Of a DNA stretch of 64,000 bases, positions 55,089-64,000 are shown piece by piece. The first letter of the stretch is position 1; each line of letters begins with the position of its first letter. The translations under genes were made by a program, and so were the position numbers. Source of the DNA: Myxococcota bacterium (lineage in GTDB: Bacteria; Myxococcota_A; Polyangia; Nannocystales; Nannocystaceae); contig JBCCHT010000020.1 of assembly GCA_039028615.1 (NCBI GenBank), forward strand, positions 32,001 through 96,000, given 5' to 3'. The notes under the pieces are model-generated. The model made no database searches. It had not been told where the DNA came from and was given only the letters and a program-made list of their open reading frames with translations.

Positions 55089-56156
55089 ATGGAAACGACT
55101 ACCGTCGGACACATACCCGTCGTGCCCGTTTCGTCACTACGCCTCGCCCGTCGGTGCGCCCTCGCCCTCGCCCTCGTCGCCGCGCCGGCCTGCACGCAGG
55201 AGCCCGAGTCCCCCCCGCCCGCCGAGTCCGAGGCCGACCGCGAGTACCGGCCCATCCCCGCGTCCATGCGCCGGGAGCTGGCCGGTGTCTGGAGCAAGGG
55301 CGACGCCAAGATCGTGAAGATCTGGCTCAACGGCGACATCGAGATCTTGGAGACCGAGGCGGACGGTCGCCGCAGCCGGGTCTGGCAACCGAAGGTCGTC
55401 TTCCATCTCGCGCCCAAGGTGCCCTCGGCCTACCAGACGATCTACGTCATCGAAGAGCCCCCCGCCGAGCGTGATGGAACCTGGACCATGACAATGGATG
55501 GGGAGACCTACACCCTGCTCAGCCGGGACGACTACTCCATCGCGCCCGAGGGGTCGAGCGACTCGAAGGCACCGACCCACGGCAAGCTCGGCCCCCCGCC
55601 GCCAACCAGGAGCGCTCCGACCGGCACGCCCTCCGCGGCACCGGCCGAGCCCCCGCCGCAGATCCTGACCGATGCCGGGGCCTGGGCCGCGGCCCACCAC
55701 CGCGTGACGCACCGCGAGACCTTCGACCGCTACTCCGGCACCACGCCCCTGCAGGGCACCTCGATCGAGACCCCCGCCGGCCTGCAGCTGACGGCCCGGC
55801 CCAAGCGCCCCCGCATCGCCAGTCAGGTCGCGATCGTCGACAAGGATGGCCACAAGGGGCTGATGCTTTGGGGCACGACGCAAGCGCGCCCCTCCGTCGA
55901 GGCTCAGTTCGGGAAACCGGCCACCGACCTGCGATTTCGCTGGGCCTCCGCTTCTCCCGACGAGCCGATTCACGGCAACTACGAGCTGAAGCTGACGACC
56001 GCGTCCGGTCGGCACCACCGCCATCCCTTCGAGGGCACCGAGGGGACCCTCGTGGTCCAGAGCCCCGACGATCCCATCACGGAACTTTGGCTCGGGGCCC
56101 CTCGTAGGTGCGGCTACCGGGGAATCATGTTCGACGACTTCGCATGGGCCCCATGA
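55089..56156 (+). CDS. Hypothetical two-domain lipoprotein
   Basis: GAGG RBS; ALALALVAAPAC lipobox; Pro-rich linker. Confidence 0.7.
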   Translation: METTTVGHIPVVPVSSLRLARRCALALALVAAPACTQEPESPPPAESEADREYRPIPASMRRELAGVWSKGDAKIVKIWLNGDIEILETEADGRRSRVWQPKVVFHLAPKVPSAYQTIYVIEEPPAERDGTWTMTMDGETYTLLSRDDYSIAPEGSSDSKAPTHGKLGPPPPTRSAPTGTPSAAPAEPPPQILTDAGAWAAAHHRVTHRETFDRYSGTTPLQGTSIETPAGLQLTARPKRPRIASQVAIVDKDGHKGLMLWGTTQARPSVEAQFGKPATDLRFRWASASPDEPIHGNYELKLTTASGRHHRHPFEGTEGTLVVQSPDDPITELWLGAPRRCGYRGIMFDDFAWAP

Positions 56157-56195
56157 ATTGAATCGATCCCGTCGGCGATCCGTTGGAAGCGGGGC

Positions 56196-56999
56196 ATGGC
56201 GTACGTGCTCGCCCAAACCGGACTGGTCTCCGCCTTCGACGACCGCCCTGCCGCGCTCACGGGGGTGCTGGGCACAGTGCTGGTGGCGGCCCTGGGCTTG
56301 CTCGCGGCGAGTGCGACCGCTGGCCCGAGCCTCGGCGAGCGCCCCCGGAAGATCCCGTTCGAGCCCGCGTTCGTCATGGCGCTGGGCTCTCCAGACGCCG
56401 ACGAGATCACACAGTCGTCTGCCGTCGACTCCCCGACCGAGCCCGAAGCCGAGCCCGAGCCCGAAACCGAGCCCGAGCCTGAAACCGAGCCCGACGATGC
56501 AGAGGCCAGTCCCGAGGACACAGTCACGAAGGACGTCACGCCCCCCAAGCCACCGCGTCCACCCAAGCCTCCTCGGGCCACGCCGTCTCCCCCCAAGCCG
56601 AGCCCACCCCGGCCGAGCCCACGACCGCCGCTGCCCTCTCCCCCCGAGCCCTCCAGGGGCAACCCCTGGGCCCCGGGCGGATTCGACGACCTCAACGAGT
56701 CGGGCGATCCGTGGGCACGCGCGGTGCTGGCCGCCCTCGAGCGCATGAACGTCGGCACCGCCTACGGTAAACCCATCACGGGCAACGTGCGCTTCCAGAT
56801 CACGGTGTGCAAAGACGGCCGGATCTCCCGCGTCGCCAACAAGGGCGGCACCGCCTCGGAGAACGGGCGAGACCTCGTCCTGCTCGAGGTCGGCCGCGTC
56901 CGTGTGCCCCGGCCCCCGGCCTCCATCGTGTCCCAGATGAAGGGTTCATGCGCAAAGCTGGGACACACCTTCTCCTGGACCCTGCAGAACACGCGGTAG
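56196..56999 (+). CDS. TonB/TolA-like membrane-anchored Pro-rich protein
   Basis: TM, EP repeats, PK/PR-rich spacer, C-terminal alpha/beta domain (VRFQITVCKDGRISRV...VPRPP). Confidence 0.68.
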   Translation: MAYVLAQTGLVSAFDDRPAALTGVLGTVLVAALGLLAASATAGPSLGERPRKIPFEPAFVMALGSPDADEITQSSAVDSPTEPEAEPEPETEPEPETEPDDAEASPEDTVTKDVTPPKPPRPPKPPRATPSPPKPSPPRPSPRPPLPSPPEPSRGNPWAPGGFDDLNESGDPWARAVLAALERMNVGTAYGKPITGNVRFQITVCKDGRISRVANKGGTASENGRDLVLLEVGRVRVPRPPASIVSQMKGSCAKLGHTFSWTLQNTR

Positions 57000-57024
57000 C
57001 TCGGGGCCAGGGCTCTTGCCCGCT

Positions 57025-57885
57025 TTAGCCTTCGGACGGACGAAAGTACACGATGCCGATGGCATGCCGATCGGCGTCCGACCAGGTCCCGCTCTGCTCC
57101 GCGGGCGCACACGCGTTCATGATCGAGTCGGGATCGCCCTGCGCGGCGTCGGGAGTCCCGGGAACCTGGACCGCACCGTAGGGCGGTACTCCTTCATCGG
57201 TCCGAGACCCACCGCAGCTGCTGTGCGTCGCGTAGTCGGTGTGGCGGAAGCCCACGGTATGACCGATCTCGTGCATGAGGGTGCTGGTCTGATTGCGGAG
57301 GGATTTGGCGAGCAAGCACGGGTTGATCTCGATCGTCGCCCCCGGTCGCCCGTCACTGGAGGGAAAATCCGCCACGCCATTGACGTCCCTGTTGATGTCA
57401 CCCGGAGTCGCGGCGTCGCAGGTGCTCGAGGAGTCCATCGCCGTCACTTCGATGACGCCGCGATCGGTACGTGAGGCGGGCGGCAAACAGTCGGTGGAGA
57501 GGCTAAAGCGCAGGCGGCTGCCCTCGATCCCGTTCCACTGCTTCAGGGCCTCGTCGGCGGCGGTGAGGAACGAGCCCGAGCGGAGGCGAGGCCCCACCCA
57601 GATCACGATCTCGTCGATGGAGTCGGCGACGGTCACATTGGTGACGAACTGGCGAAAGCTCGTGCCCCGCGGCCCGGCCGAGGCCTCGAGGCTCATCCGA
57701 ATGTCACCCTGCACGAGGACCTCGCCTTCGGGCGTGATCTCGATGTCGGCGGGGCGATGGCCTGCCTCGAGCAGGTTGGCCACGATCTGCTCCGTCGACG
57801 AGTCGGCTTCGGCGGGGCCCGGGTCGCAACCACCGATCGCGCTCAACGCCAACGCCCCCAGCACCGCACTCGCGATCTTGCCCAT
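57025..57885 (-). CDS. M57-family (PrtB-like, HEIGH) metallopeptidase lipoprotein
   Basis: IGGC lipobox; VLVQGDI; GVADFP; HEIGHTVGFRHTD; VPGTP; DPDSIMNAC. Confidence 0.88.
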   Translation of the reverse strand: MGKIASAVLGALALSAIGGCDPGPAEADSSTEQIVANLLEAGHRPADIEITPEGEVLVQGDIRMSLEASAGPRGTSFRQFVTNVTVADSIDEIVIWVGPRLRSGSFLTAADEALKQWNGIEGSRLRFSLSTDCLPPASRTDRGVIEVTAMDSSSTCDAATPGDINRDVNGVADFPSSDGRPGATIEINPCLLAKSLRNQTSTLMHEIGHTVGFRHTDYATHSSCGGSRTDEGVPPYGAVQVPGTPDAAQGDPDSIMNACAPAEQSGTWSDADRHAIGIVYFRPSEG

Positions 57886-57890
57886 CGAGA

Positions 57891-57910
57891 TGACTCCTTC
57901 GAAGGAGTCA
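57891..57910. promoter_or_regulatory. Perfect 20-bp palindrome containing the M57 gene RBS
   Basis: TGACTCCTTCGAAGGAGTCA, 5 bp upstream of the ATG at 57885. Confidence 0.6.
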
Positions 57911-57926
57911 CCCGACGACGGATTAA

Positions 57927-59126
57927 CTATTCACCCATCAGCTCGATGACATACCCGGCCGTGATGTCGGCACCGCCCGGGCCGAAATGGCCGTCGTGGG
58001 TCAGGTAGTCGTCGTACTCCAGGCGCTCGAGCAGTCCGAGATCCGGCTCGATTCCCGCGCCGCGCATCGCTGCGATCATCGCCTCCGTCGCGGGGGCCCA
58101 CCGCCCGGCCTCGGCTTCCATCATCGCGGGCAGCACCACCACATGGAACGCGGCGTCCAACTCGGCTGCACGGCGGCGCATGGCCTCGACCTGCTCGACG
58201 ACGCGCGGTCGGAACTCGGCCCGATACGCCGACGATGGCGAGCCCAGCAGGCGCAGGTTGGGATCACGAAACGCGAGCACGACCCCGCGTACGGCCTTCA
58301 GGGTCAGGCGATCTCGAAGCGTGGCGGTCGCGCGCGGCCACGGCTCCCGCGAGCGCAGCAGAGCCTGGACCCGCTGCTCCACCTCCGCGTCGCTCAGGAC
58401 GACCCCCGGCGCCGGCTTGCGCGTCACCGCCCAGCCGTCCCAGACATCGTTGGCGGTGGGCTCGACGTTCGTCCACTCGGCATCGTTGGCGCAGTACAGG
58501 TACACGACCGTCGACCCCCGCCAGGGCAGCGTGTCCACCACATGGCGGGCTTGGGGAGCGCCCCAGCCGGGCACCCCGGTCGAGTACGCCCGCAGCTCGG
58601 TTCGCGCTTCGATCCGAGCCTGAGTGGTGTGCTCGCGCGGGAGCCCCTGGCCGAACGTGAACGAATCACCCACCAGCAGCACGTCGTCGTCGATGCTCTC
58701 GCCCCGCGGCTCGTCGTCGCGATGGCCCCAACCGTTGAGCTGTACGGGGACCTGCACCACGGAGTCGTCGTAGGTCCCCTGCCAGCCCGGCACCATGCGG
58801 TGACCGAGCACGGGATCGGCCATGAACATCCCGCGACGAGACTGCGCGACCACGAAGGAATCGGCGCGCGGCCCCGTGGCGAGACAGGTGTCGACTCCGA
58901 TTGCGCTGGCATAGGCCACCGCCACGAAGACCGACAGACGGACCCCCAGTCCCCGCACTCGCTCGGGCAAGGGCGCGTACGCCAGCAGCATCAGCCACAC
59001 GCCGACGACGGCCGCGAGCGCGGGGACGGAGCCGAGCCGGGCGTGCGCGATCACGTAGACCGAGGCCGCCGCCACCATCACCGCGCCGAGTCGGCCAGCA
59101 ACGCGGGCTGTTCGAGACGTTCTCAT
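57927..59126 (-). CDS. Membrane-anchored SGNH/GDSL hydrolase-family protein
   Basis: About three TMs, then LNGWGHRD, VGDSFTFG, GVPGW, AND, DGH. Confidence 0.85.
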   Translation of the reverse strand: MRTSRTARVAGRLGAVMVAAASVYVIAHARLGSVPALAAVVGVWLMLLAYAPLPERVRGLGVRLSVFVAVAYASAIGVDTCLATGPRADSFVVAQSRRGMFMADPVLGHRMVPGWQGTYDDSVVQVPVQLNGWGHRDDEPRGESIDDDVLLVGDSFTFGQGLPREHTTQARIEARTELRAYSTGVPGWGAPQARHVVDTLPWRGSTVVYLYCANDAEWTNVEPTANDVWDGWAVTRKPAPGVVLSDAEVEQRVQALLRSREPWPRATATLRDRLTLKAVRGVVLAFRDPNLRLLGSPSSAYRAEFRPRVVEQVEAMRRRAAELDAAFHVVVLPAMMEAEAGRWAPATEAMIAAMRGAGIEPDLGLLERLEYDDYLTHDGHFGPGGADITAGYVIELMGE

Positions 59127-59300
59127 CGGGAGGCGGGCTACAGGTCGAAGCGGTCCACGGAGTCGACCCTCGACCGCGAAACTAGCATTGGCCGACCGCT
59201 CGCTGCGCGTAGGGTGTCGGCGCCGCTCATGCTCGCCGCGTGAACCCCCCGGGTGGGGGGCAGCCGTCGCCCGGGGGCGCTCGCTAGCCTGAACGATGCC

Positions 59301-60056
59301 ATGAAGCTGCCCCGGATCTCCCCCGTGCCGCGCTCGACCCCACGGGCTCCCATCGTCCGGGACCCAGGGACCGTGCACCCCGCGTCGTCCACCAACTTCA
59401 AGAAGACGGCCATCCTGCAGATCGGTCGACCCAGCTTCGTCGGTCAGGCGGCCAAGGTCAGCTGCCCCAACAAGAGCAACCAGAGCCAGAGCCTGGACCA
59501 CCTCATCCCCTGGGCCTCGATCCGAAACGGCTACTACGCCTCCATGAACCCCGGCTCCAACGGCTCGTGCACGAACAACCTGGGTCTGCTTTATGCGTCG
59601 GTAGGGCTCAGCCCCGACTCGAACTCGATCAATACGGCCTGCGGCTCGAGCAACGTGAACAACAACTCCGCGACGCAGATCGACAAGTCGATCCTGAGCA
59701 CGCTGAACAGCGCAACGACCAACCTGCGCTGCGGCTTCTCCTCCGCCAATCAGTCGGTGAGCAATGCGCTCGACATCCCCTGCGGCGATCAGAGTTTCAA
59801 CAGCCAACAAAACCGCATCGAGATCGGCGGGACCTCGGCGCAGAGGCTCTCGTTCTTCCTGGCGATCAACTCGACGGACCCGCAGCCGCCCTTCGTGTTC
59901 AAGACCAACCAGTCGTGCCAGGGAGGTGGCGGTTGCAACAACTCGCGCGTGCAGACGAGCGACTGCAGCAACGACGTGGGCGCGAGCGTGATGCCGCCAC
60001 AGACCGCCCCCGCCTTCTACCTGAACAAGTTCAGCGGAACGCTCACACACTTGTGA
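59301..60056 (+). CDS. Asn/Ser/Cys-rich hypothetical protein with an HNH-like motif
   Basis: Strong GC3 bias; SLDHLIPW ... NLRCGFSSANQSV. Confidence 0.7.
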   Translation: MKLPRISPVPRSTPRAPIVRDPGTVHPASSTNFKKTAILQIGRPSFVGQAAKVSCPNKSNQSQSLDHLIPWASIRNGYYASMNPGSNGSCTNNLGLLYASVGLSPDSNSINTACGSSNVNNNSATQIDKSILSTLNSATTNLRCGFSSANQSVSNALDIPCGDQSFNSQQNRIEIGGTSAQRLSFFLAINSTDPQPPFVFKTNQSCQGGGGCNNSRVQTSDCSNDVGASVMPPQTAPAFYLNKFSGTLTHL

Positions 60057-60071
60057 GCGAGCGGCAGGCCT

Positions 60072-61292
60072 CTAGGGGCTGGCGAACACCCGGTCGGCGG
60101 TGACCAGGTCGACGGACGAAGGCTGGCGACTCCACGGCAAGTTCGGGAAACCGCTGAGGTCGGGCGCCATCACGCGGAACTGTTGCTCGTAGCCACAGCC
60201 GTCCATCGTGAAGTCGCTGCCGTCGAGGCGCACCAACACCACCCCGCTGGGCTCGTCTCGCCACGCCTGCTCGATGACCGCCTGCTTCGAGCACATCGCG
60301 GGATCCCACGCATCCACGATCTTCATGCGGGCGAGGCCGGGCTCGGGCTGACGGTGATAGACCTTCACTTTCGGTACCCGCACGACCAACGACGAGCCCG
60401 CCACCACGGCGACCTCGAGCGTGGGCGGCTTGGCGCCGCAGCTGGCGAACACGGGGGGATCACCAGGCACCGGGTTCGGCTTGGGAAACGACCACCCGCC
60501 ACAGGCCTCCCGCGGGGCTTCCAGGTCCCGCACGCGATCGACATGGACCGGCAACGCGACCAAGGGGCGCCAGCGACCGGCCAAGTGCTTGCGCGCCTCG
60601 GCGACGCGGGCGTCGATGGTGCGGCGGAAGGCCTGGCAGGTCTTCTTGGAGTCCACGGACTCGAGCTCGGACCCCGTCCACAGGCGCAGCTTTGCTTGCT
60701 CGACACCCGCCCGATCGAGCACGACCAGGTCGTGGTCGAGGGCCCAGTCGTCCGCGTTGGCCGGACCCACGAACGTGGACAACGCGACGCCCGTGCCGTC
60801 GGCTCGCACCGCGGGCAGACCGGGCAGCGCGATCGCCTGGAGCTTGCATCGCACACCCGGCGGTAGGTCCACGTCGACGGTGGCCAGCGAGACCGAAAGC
60901 GGCGTGCCCGGGGCCGACGTGGGCACGACCGGAGGGGGTGCGACCGCGCCGTCCATGGCTGGAGCCGGAGGCTCGGGCTTCGCGGCGGGCTCGTCGTGCG
61001 GGATCTTCTGCGCGACCACGTCGGGGCTGTCGCCCGCGGCCGGAGGATCTGCGTCCGCCGCCGGGGACGCTGCGGCCCCCGACTCGCTCTGAGGCCGCGC
61101 GGGGGGCTCCGAGTTCCGCTGCTTCGCGCCCGCCTCAGCCCCCGCCTTCGGGCCCGCGGCGGCGCCCGATTGCCCCGCGGACGGCTCCGTTCGCGCCGAA
61201 CTCCCGTCGGACGGGCCTCCCCCACAACCAGCGGCAAGCCCCAGTGCGAGGATCGCGGCAGGGCGCGAGGCGAATCTCCGGGACACGAGCAC
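60072..61292 (-). CDS. Hypothetical lipoprotein
   Basis: LAAGC lipobox, A/P-rich linker, globular C-domain with paired Cys; GTG start is inferred. Confidence 0.7.
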   Translation of the reverse strand: MLVSRRFASRPAAILALGLAAGCGGGPSDGSSARTEPSAGQSGAAAGPKAGAEAGAKQRNSEPPARPQSESGAAASPAADADPPAAGDSPDVVAQKIPHDEPAAKPEPPAPAMDGAVAPPPVVPTSAPGTPLSVSLATVDVDLPPGVRCKLQAIALPGLPAVRADGTGVALSTFVGPANADDWALDHDLVVLDRAGVEQAKLRLWTGSELESVDSKKTCQAFRRTIDARVAEARKHLAGRWRPLVALPVHVDRVRDLEAPREACGGWSFPKPNPVPGDPPVFASCGAKPPTLEVAVVAGSSLVVRVPKVKVYHRQPEPGLARMKIVDAWDPAMCSKQAVIEQAWRDEPSGVVLVRLDGSDFTMDGCGYEQQFRVMAPDLSGFPNLPWSRQPSSVDLVTADRVFASP

Positions 61293-61407
61293 GCCCGGAT
61301 CGTACGCTTCTCGGGCGACTGCGCGAGCATCGCGTTTCCGCACACTGGAATAGCTGTGCGCCGCCCGCAGTCCACACCGATGAAGCCACGCCTTCGTTAG
61401 GACCGTC

Positions 61408-62007
61408 ATGCAAGATCGACTCATGGTGAACCCCCCCAGACAGTCCCTGTTCGCTGCTCTACGCGGATCCATGGTGCTCATGGGCGGGCTTCTCGCGATC
61501 TTGTGGGGCCTGGAGGCCTTCGACACCTTCGTCATGCGCGGCAGCCTCGACGCGTTCGGCATCGCACCCCGAACGACCTCGGGGCTGTTTGGCGTGTTGG
61601 CCGCCCCCTTCCTGCACGGCGACTGGGGCCACCTCAGCAGCAACACCGTCGGCCTGCTCATCCTGGGCGGCCTGACCATGGCCATCGGTCGCCGCGAGTT
61701 CATCGTCGTCGGCTTGGCCGGCCTGCTCGTCGGTGGTCTCGGCACCTGGGTCTTCGGTCGCCCCGCCATGCACATCGGCGCGAGCGGAGTCGTCTTCGCC
61801 TACCTCGGCTACTTGGTGTTGCGCGGCTGGTACGACCGCAGCCTCGGCTCCGTGCTCCTGGCGGGCGGCGTCGCGTGGGTCTACGGCAGCATGATCTTCG
61901 GCATGCTCCCCGGCTTCGCCCCCGCGTTCATCTCCTGGGAGTGCCACTTGTTCGGCTTCATCGGTGGTGTGCTGGCCGCTCGCCTCCTGCACCAGCGCAG
62001 CCGCTAG
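61408..62007 (+). CDS. Rhomboid intramembrane serine protease
   Basis: PFLHGDWGHLSSN, HIGASG, ISWECHLFG. Confidence 0.92.
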   Translation: MQDRLMVNPPRQSLFAALRGSMVLMGGLLAILWGLEAFDTFVMRGSLDAFGIAPRTTSGLFGVLAAPFLHGDWGHLSSNTVGLLILGGLTMAIGRREFIVVGLAGLLVGGLGTWVFGRPAMHIGASGVVFAYLGYLVLRGWYDRSLGSVLLAGGVAWVYGSMIFGMLPGFAPAFISWECHLFGFIGGVLAARLLHQRSR

Positions 62008-62030
62008 TCGACACGCTTCGCCCACGTCAT

Positions 62031-62072
62031 CGAGGCGGTTTCCCGGATCCGGGGAGCCGCCTCGTTTCGTTT
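62031..62072 (+). terminator. Intrinsic terminator
   Basis: cgaggcggtttcccgg-at-ccggggagccgcctcg followed by tttcgttt. Confidence 0.75.
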
Positions 62073-62197
62073 CAGCGCCGCGAAACGACTCGGAGGCACG
62101 CGCTCGATCCCCTGAAAGGAGACCTCGCTCGGGAAGGAACACCCAATGAAATCATCGATTTCGTCGGCTTCGGGACGCGGACTGCTAGCCTCCCGCC

Positions 62198-63121
62198 GTG
62201 GCGCTGCGCGCATGGATTCAGGCTTCTCGACCGTTGGCTCAGGCCAACATCGCGGTGCCCCTGTTGCTCGGCGCCATGCTGGCCACCGCCCTCGGCGGAC
62301 CGCTCGACCTGACCCTGCTGGGGGTCGCGCTCGGCTTCGGGGTGCTCGATCAACTCTTCATCGTGTGGTCGAACGACGTCGCCGATGAGCAGGCAGATCG
62401 CAGCAACGAACACCCCACGATGCTCTCGGGCGGCTCTCGGGTCCTGACCGAAGGCAAGCTCGAGCGGCGCCAGCTCGCCCGCGCCGCGGCGGGGGCTGCG
62501 GTGCTCATGCTGGGGCTGTGCGTGGCCGCGGCGATCTGGCTCGACCGCCCGGCCATGCCCATCGCGTGGGCGCTGGCGGTGCTGCTGGCGTGGGCCTACA
62601 GCTTCCCGCCCGCGCGCCTATCCTACCGAGGCTACGGCGCCATCGCCCAGGCGCTCGGGGTGATGGTGGTCTTGCCGCTGATTGGCTTTTATCTCCAAGT
62701 CGGCGATGTTCAGAAGTTCCCGTGGCCCGCCCTCGTGCCCTGCCTCGCGCTGGGCCTGGCGGGCAACATCACCACCGCGCTGCCCGACCACGAGGCGGAC
62801 GAGGCGACGGGCAAGTCGACCTGGCCCGTGCGCTACGGGGCCGAGCGGGCCCGCAAACACAGCCTGCAGCTCATCGGCCTGGGTGCCGTCTGTGCTCCGC
62901 TGGTGCTCCCCGATCTTCCCCAGATGGGCTGGGCGCTGGTCGAGGCCGGCCCGCTGCTGTTGTTGGCGCTGAACCTGCGGCTCCAATCCGCGGCCAATGC
63001 CGGGGACCGCAAAGCGATCCTGCGCTTTTCCATCGTCAACGGGGCCGCGATCAACCTCGCGCTCACGGGGTGGATCATCGCGCTGGCCCTGCGACCGCCG
63101 CTCGGCTGGGCGTTCTATTAG
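62198..63121 (+). CDS. UbiA-family prenyltransferase (MenA-like)
   Basis: WIQASRP, NDVADEQAD, SGGSRVL, YSFPPARLSYRG, PDHEADEATGKST. Confidence 0.85.
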   Translation: MALRAWIQASRPLAQANIAVPLLLGAMLATALGGPLDLTLLGVALGFGVLDQLFIVWSNDVADEQADRSNEHPTMLSGGSRVLTEGKLERRQLARAAAGAAVLMLGLCVAAAIWLDRPAMPIAWALAVLLAWAYSFPPARLSYRGYGAIAQALGVMVVLPLIGFYLQVGDVQKFPWPALVPCLALGLAGNITTALPDHEADEATGKSTWPVRYGAERARKHSLQLIGLGAVCAPLVLPDLPQMGWALVEAGPLLLLALNLRLQSAANAGDRKAILRFSIVNGAAINLALTGWIIALALRPPLGWAFY

Positions 63122-63999
63122 GTGAGCACCAGCCAGCGCGCGAGGACCCCGAGCGCCACCAAGCCCACGCCGATCGCCACCAGTCGCCCCATCCGCGAGC
63201 CACCGCGCACGTCGGACATGTCGTGGGCCCGGTCGTCGTCTTCGTCCACGGCGGCCGCGAACGCTCCGGCGGCGGCCTCGGCTTCGGCGTCGGCCTTCGC
63301 TCGTTCGGCCGCAGCGGCCTCCGCCGCCCGCTGTTCTTCCACACGCTGCTCGGCCCGTCGCTTGGCCGCGACCTTTTGCTCCTCGCGCTCCACCGCCTGC
63401 TGCTCGAGGTCGCCGATCGCCTCCCAGATCCAGTCTTGCCAGTTGTCGGCGGGATGCACCCGCGCCATCAGGCTCCGCAGTGCCTGCCGCACGTCGGCAA
63501 AGCGCTGAGCGTCGCCACGAATCTCGGCCCACGCCTGCGGGTCATCGCTGAGCGGCTTGCCCTGGGGTCGCTGCATCGGGGGAGCGTCCGCGCCCGGCAG
63601 ACCCACCACGAAGTGATCCAGCCGCCTCCAGGCCCGACAGGTCTGCGCGACGAGCTTGGAGACCGAGGTGCCCCGCACGGTGACCAGCTCCGACCAAGGG
63701 AACCCGAGCACCGAGCGCTGCACCAACCCCGCGCGCCCGATCGGCCGCAGCTGGAGCATCGCCTTGGCCACGCGAGGCTCGAGCCTGCCCTGCAGCTCGA
63801 CGCCGTGCAGCGCGGGGCCTCCCCCGGCTCGCCCTCGCGCGATGCACCGATTGAAGGTCATCGCGTGCAGCCGCGCCCGCTCGCCCATGCTCTCGTCGTG
63901 GGCCCCGAGCTCGTGCACATGGGCGAAGATCACGGGCACCAGCTCGTCGGCTTCGTCCCGGCCCAGCACGGCGACACAGTGGCGGTACATCGCGGCCCC
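63118..63999 (-). CDS. Degenerate ECF-sigma-like protein with coiled coil and C-terminal TM (5' end beyond window)
   Basis: MYRHCVAVLG.DEADELV...F and LHAMTFNRC resemble sigma region 2; A/E/R-rich coil; terminal TM; frame open to the window edge. Confidence 0.55.
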   Translation of the reverse strand, partial: GAAMYRHCVAVLGRDEADELVPVIFAHVHELGAHDESMGERARLHAMTFNRCIARGRAGGGPALHGVELQGRLEPRVAKAMLQLRPIGRAGLVQRSVLGFPWSELVTVRGTSVSKLVAQTCRAWRRLDHFVVGLPGADAPPMQRPQGKPLSDDPQAWAEIRGDAQRFADVRQALRSLMARVHPADNWQDWIWEAIGDLEQQAVEREEQKVAAKRRAEQRVEEQRAAEAAAAERAKADAEAEAAAGAFAAAVDEDDDRAHDMSDVRGGSRMGRLVAIGVGLVALGVLARWLVLT

Positions 64000-64000
64000 G

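Noticed and set aside
1..64000. tRNA, rRNA, transposase, integrase or prophage genes
   Set aside because: None recognised on either strand by inspection.

Overview
A very GC-rich bacterial window. The many Cys-rich lipoproteins, Ser/Thr kinase-TPR plus ECF pair, FHA-DUF4388 protein, M57 peptidase and CHAT-TPR protein suggest a myxobacterium, probably Nannocystaceae-like (inference). About 48 genes can be supported; most other long ORFs in the track are GC-rich shadows. I found no rRNA, tRNA, CRISPR array or transposase. Highlights: (1) a LuxI-like acyl-homoserine-lactone synthase at 462..<1 (minus), absent from the ORF track because it runs off the edge, with substitutions at conserved sites and no LuxR in the window; (2) a module of ECF sigma, membrane anti-sigma, exported membrane-anchored TPR-CHAT protease and a subtilase with Glu at the catalytic Asp position; (3) a Rieske plus molybdopterin pair whose large subunit looks IdrA (iodate reductase)-like, in B-A order, both subunits with twin-arginine signals and no adjacent peroxidases; (4) an MbnP/MbnH pair with an extra di-heme domain fused to MbnP; (5) a 1.8 kb lower-GC insertion bounded by a 13-bp near-perfect direct repeat; (6) several palindromes overlapping ribosome-binding sites. 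Family calls come from motifs recognised by eye, not from database searches.
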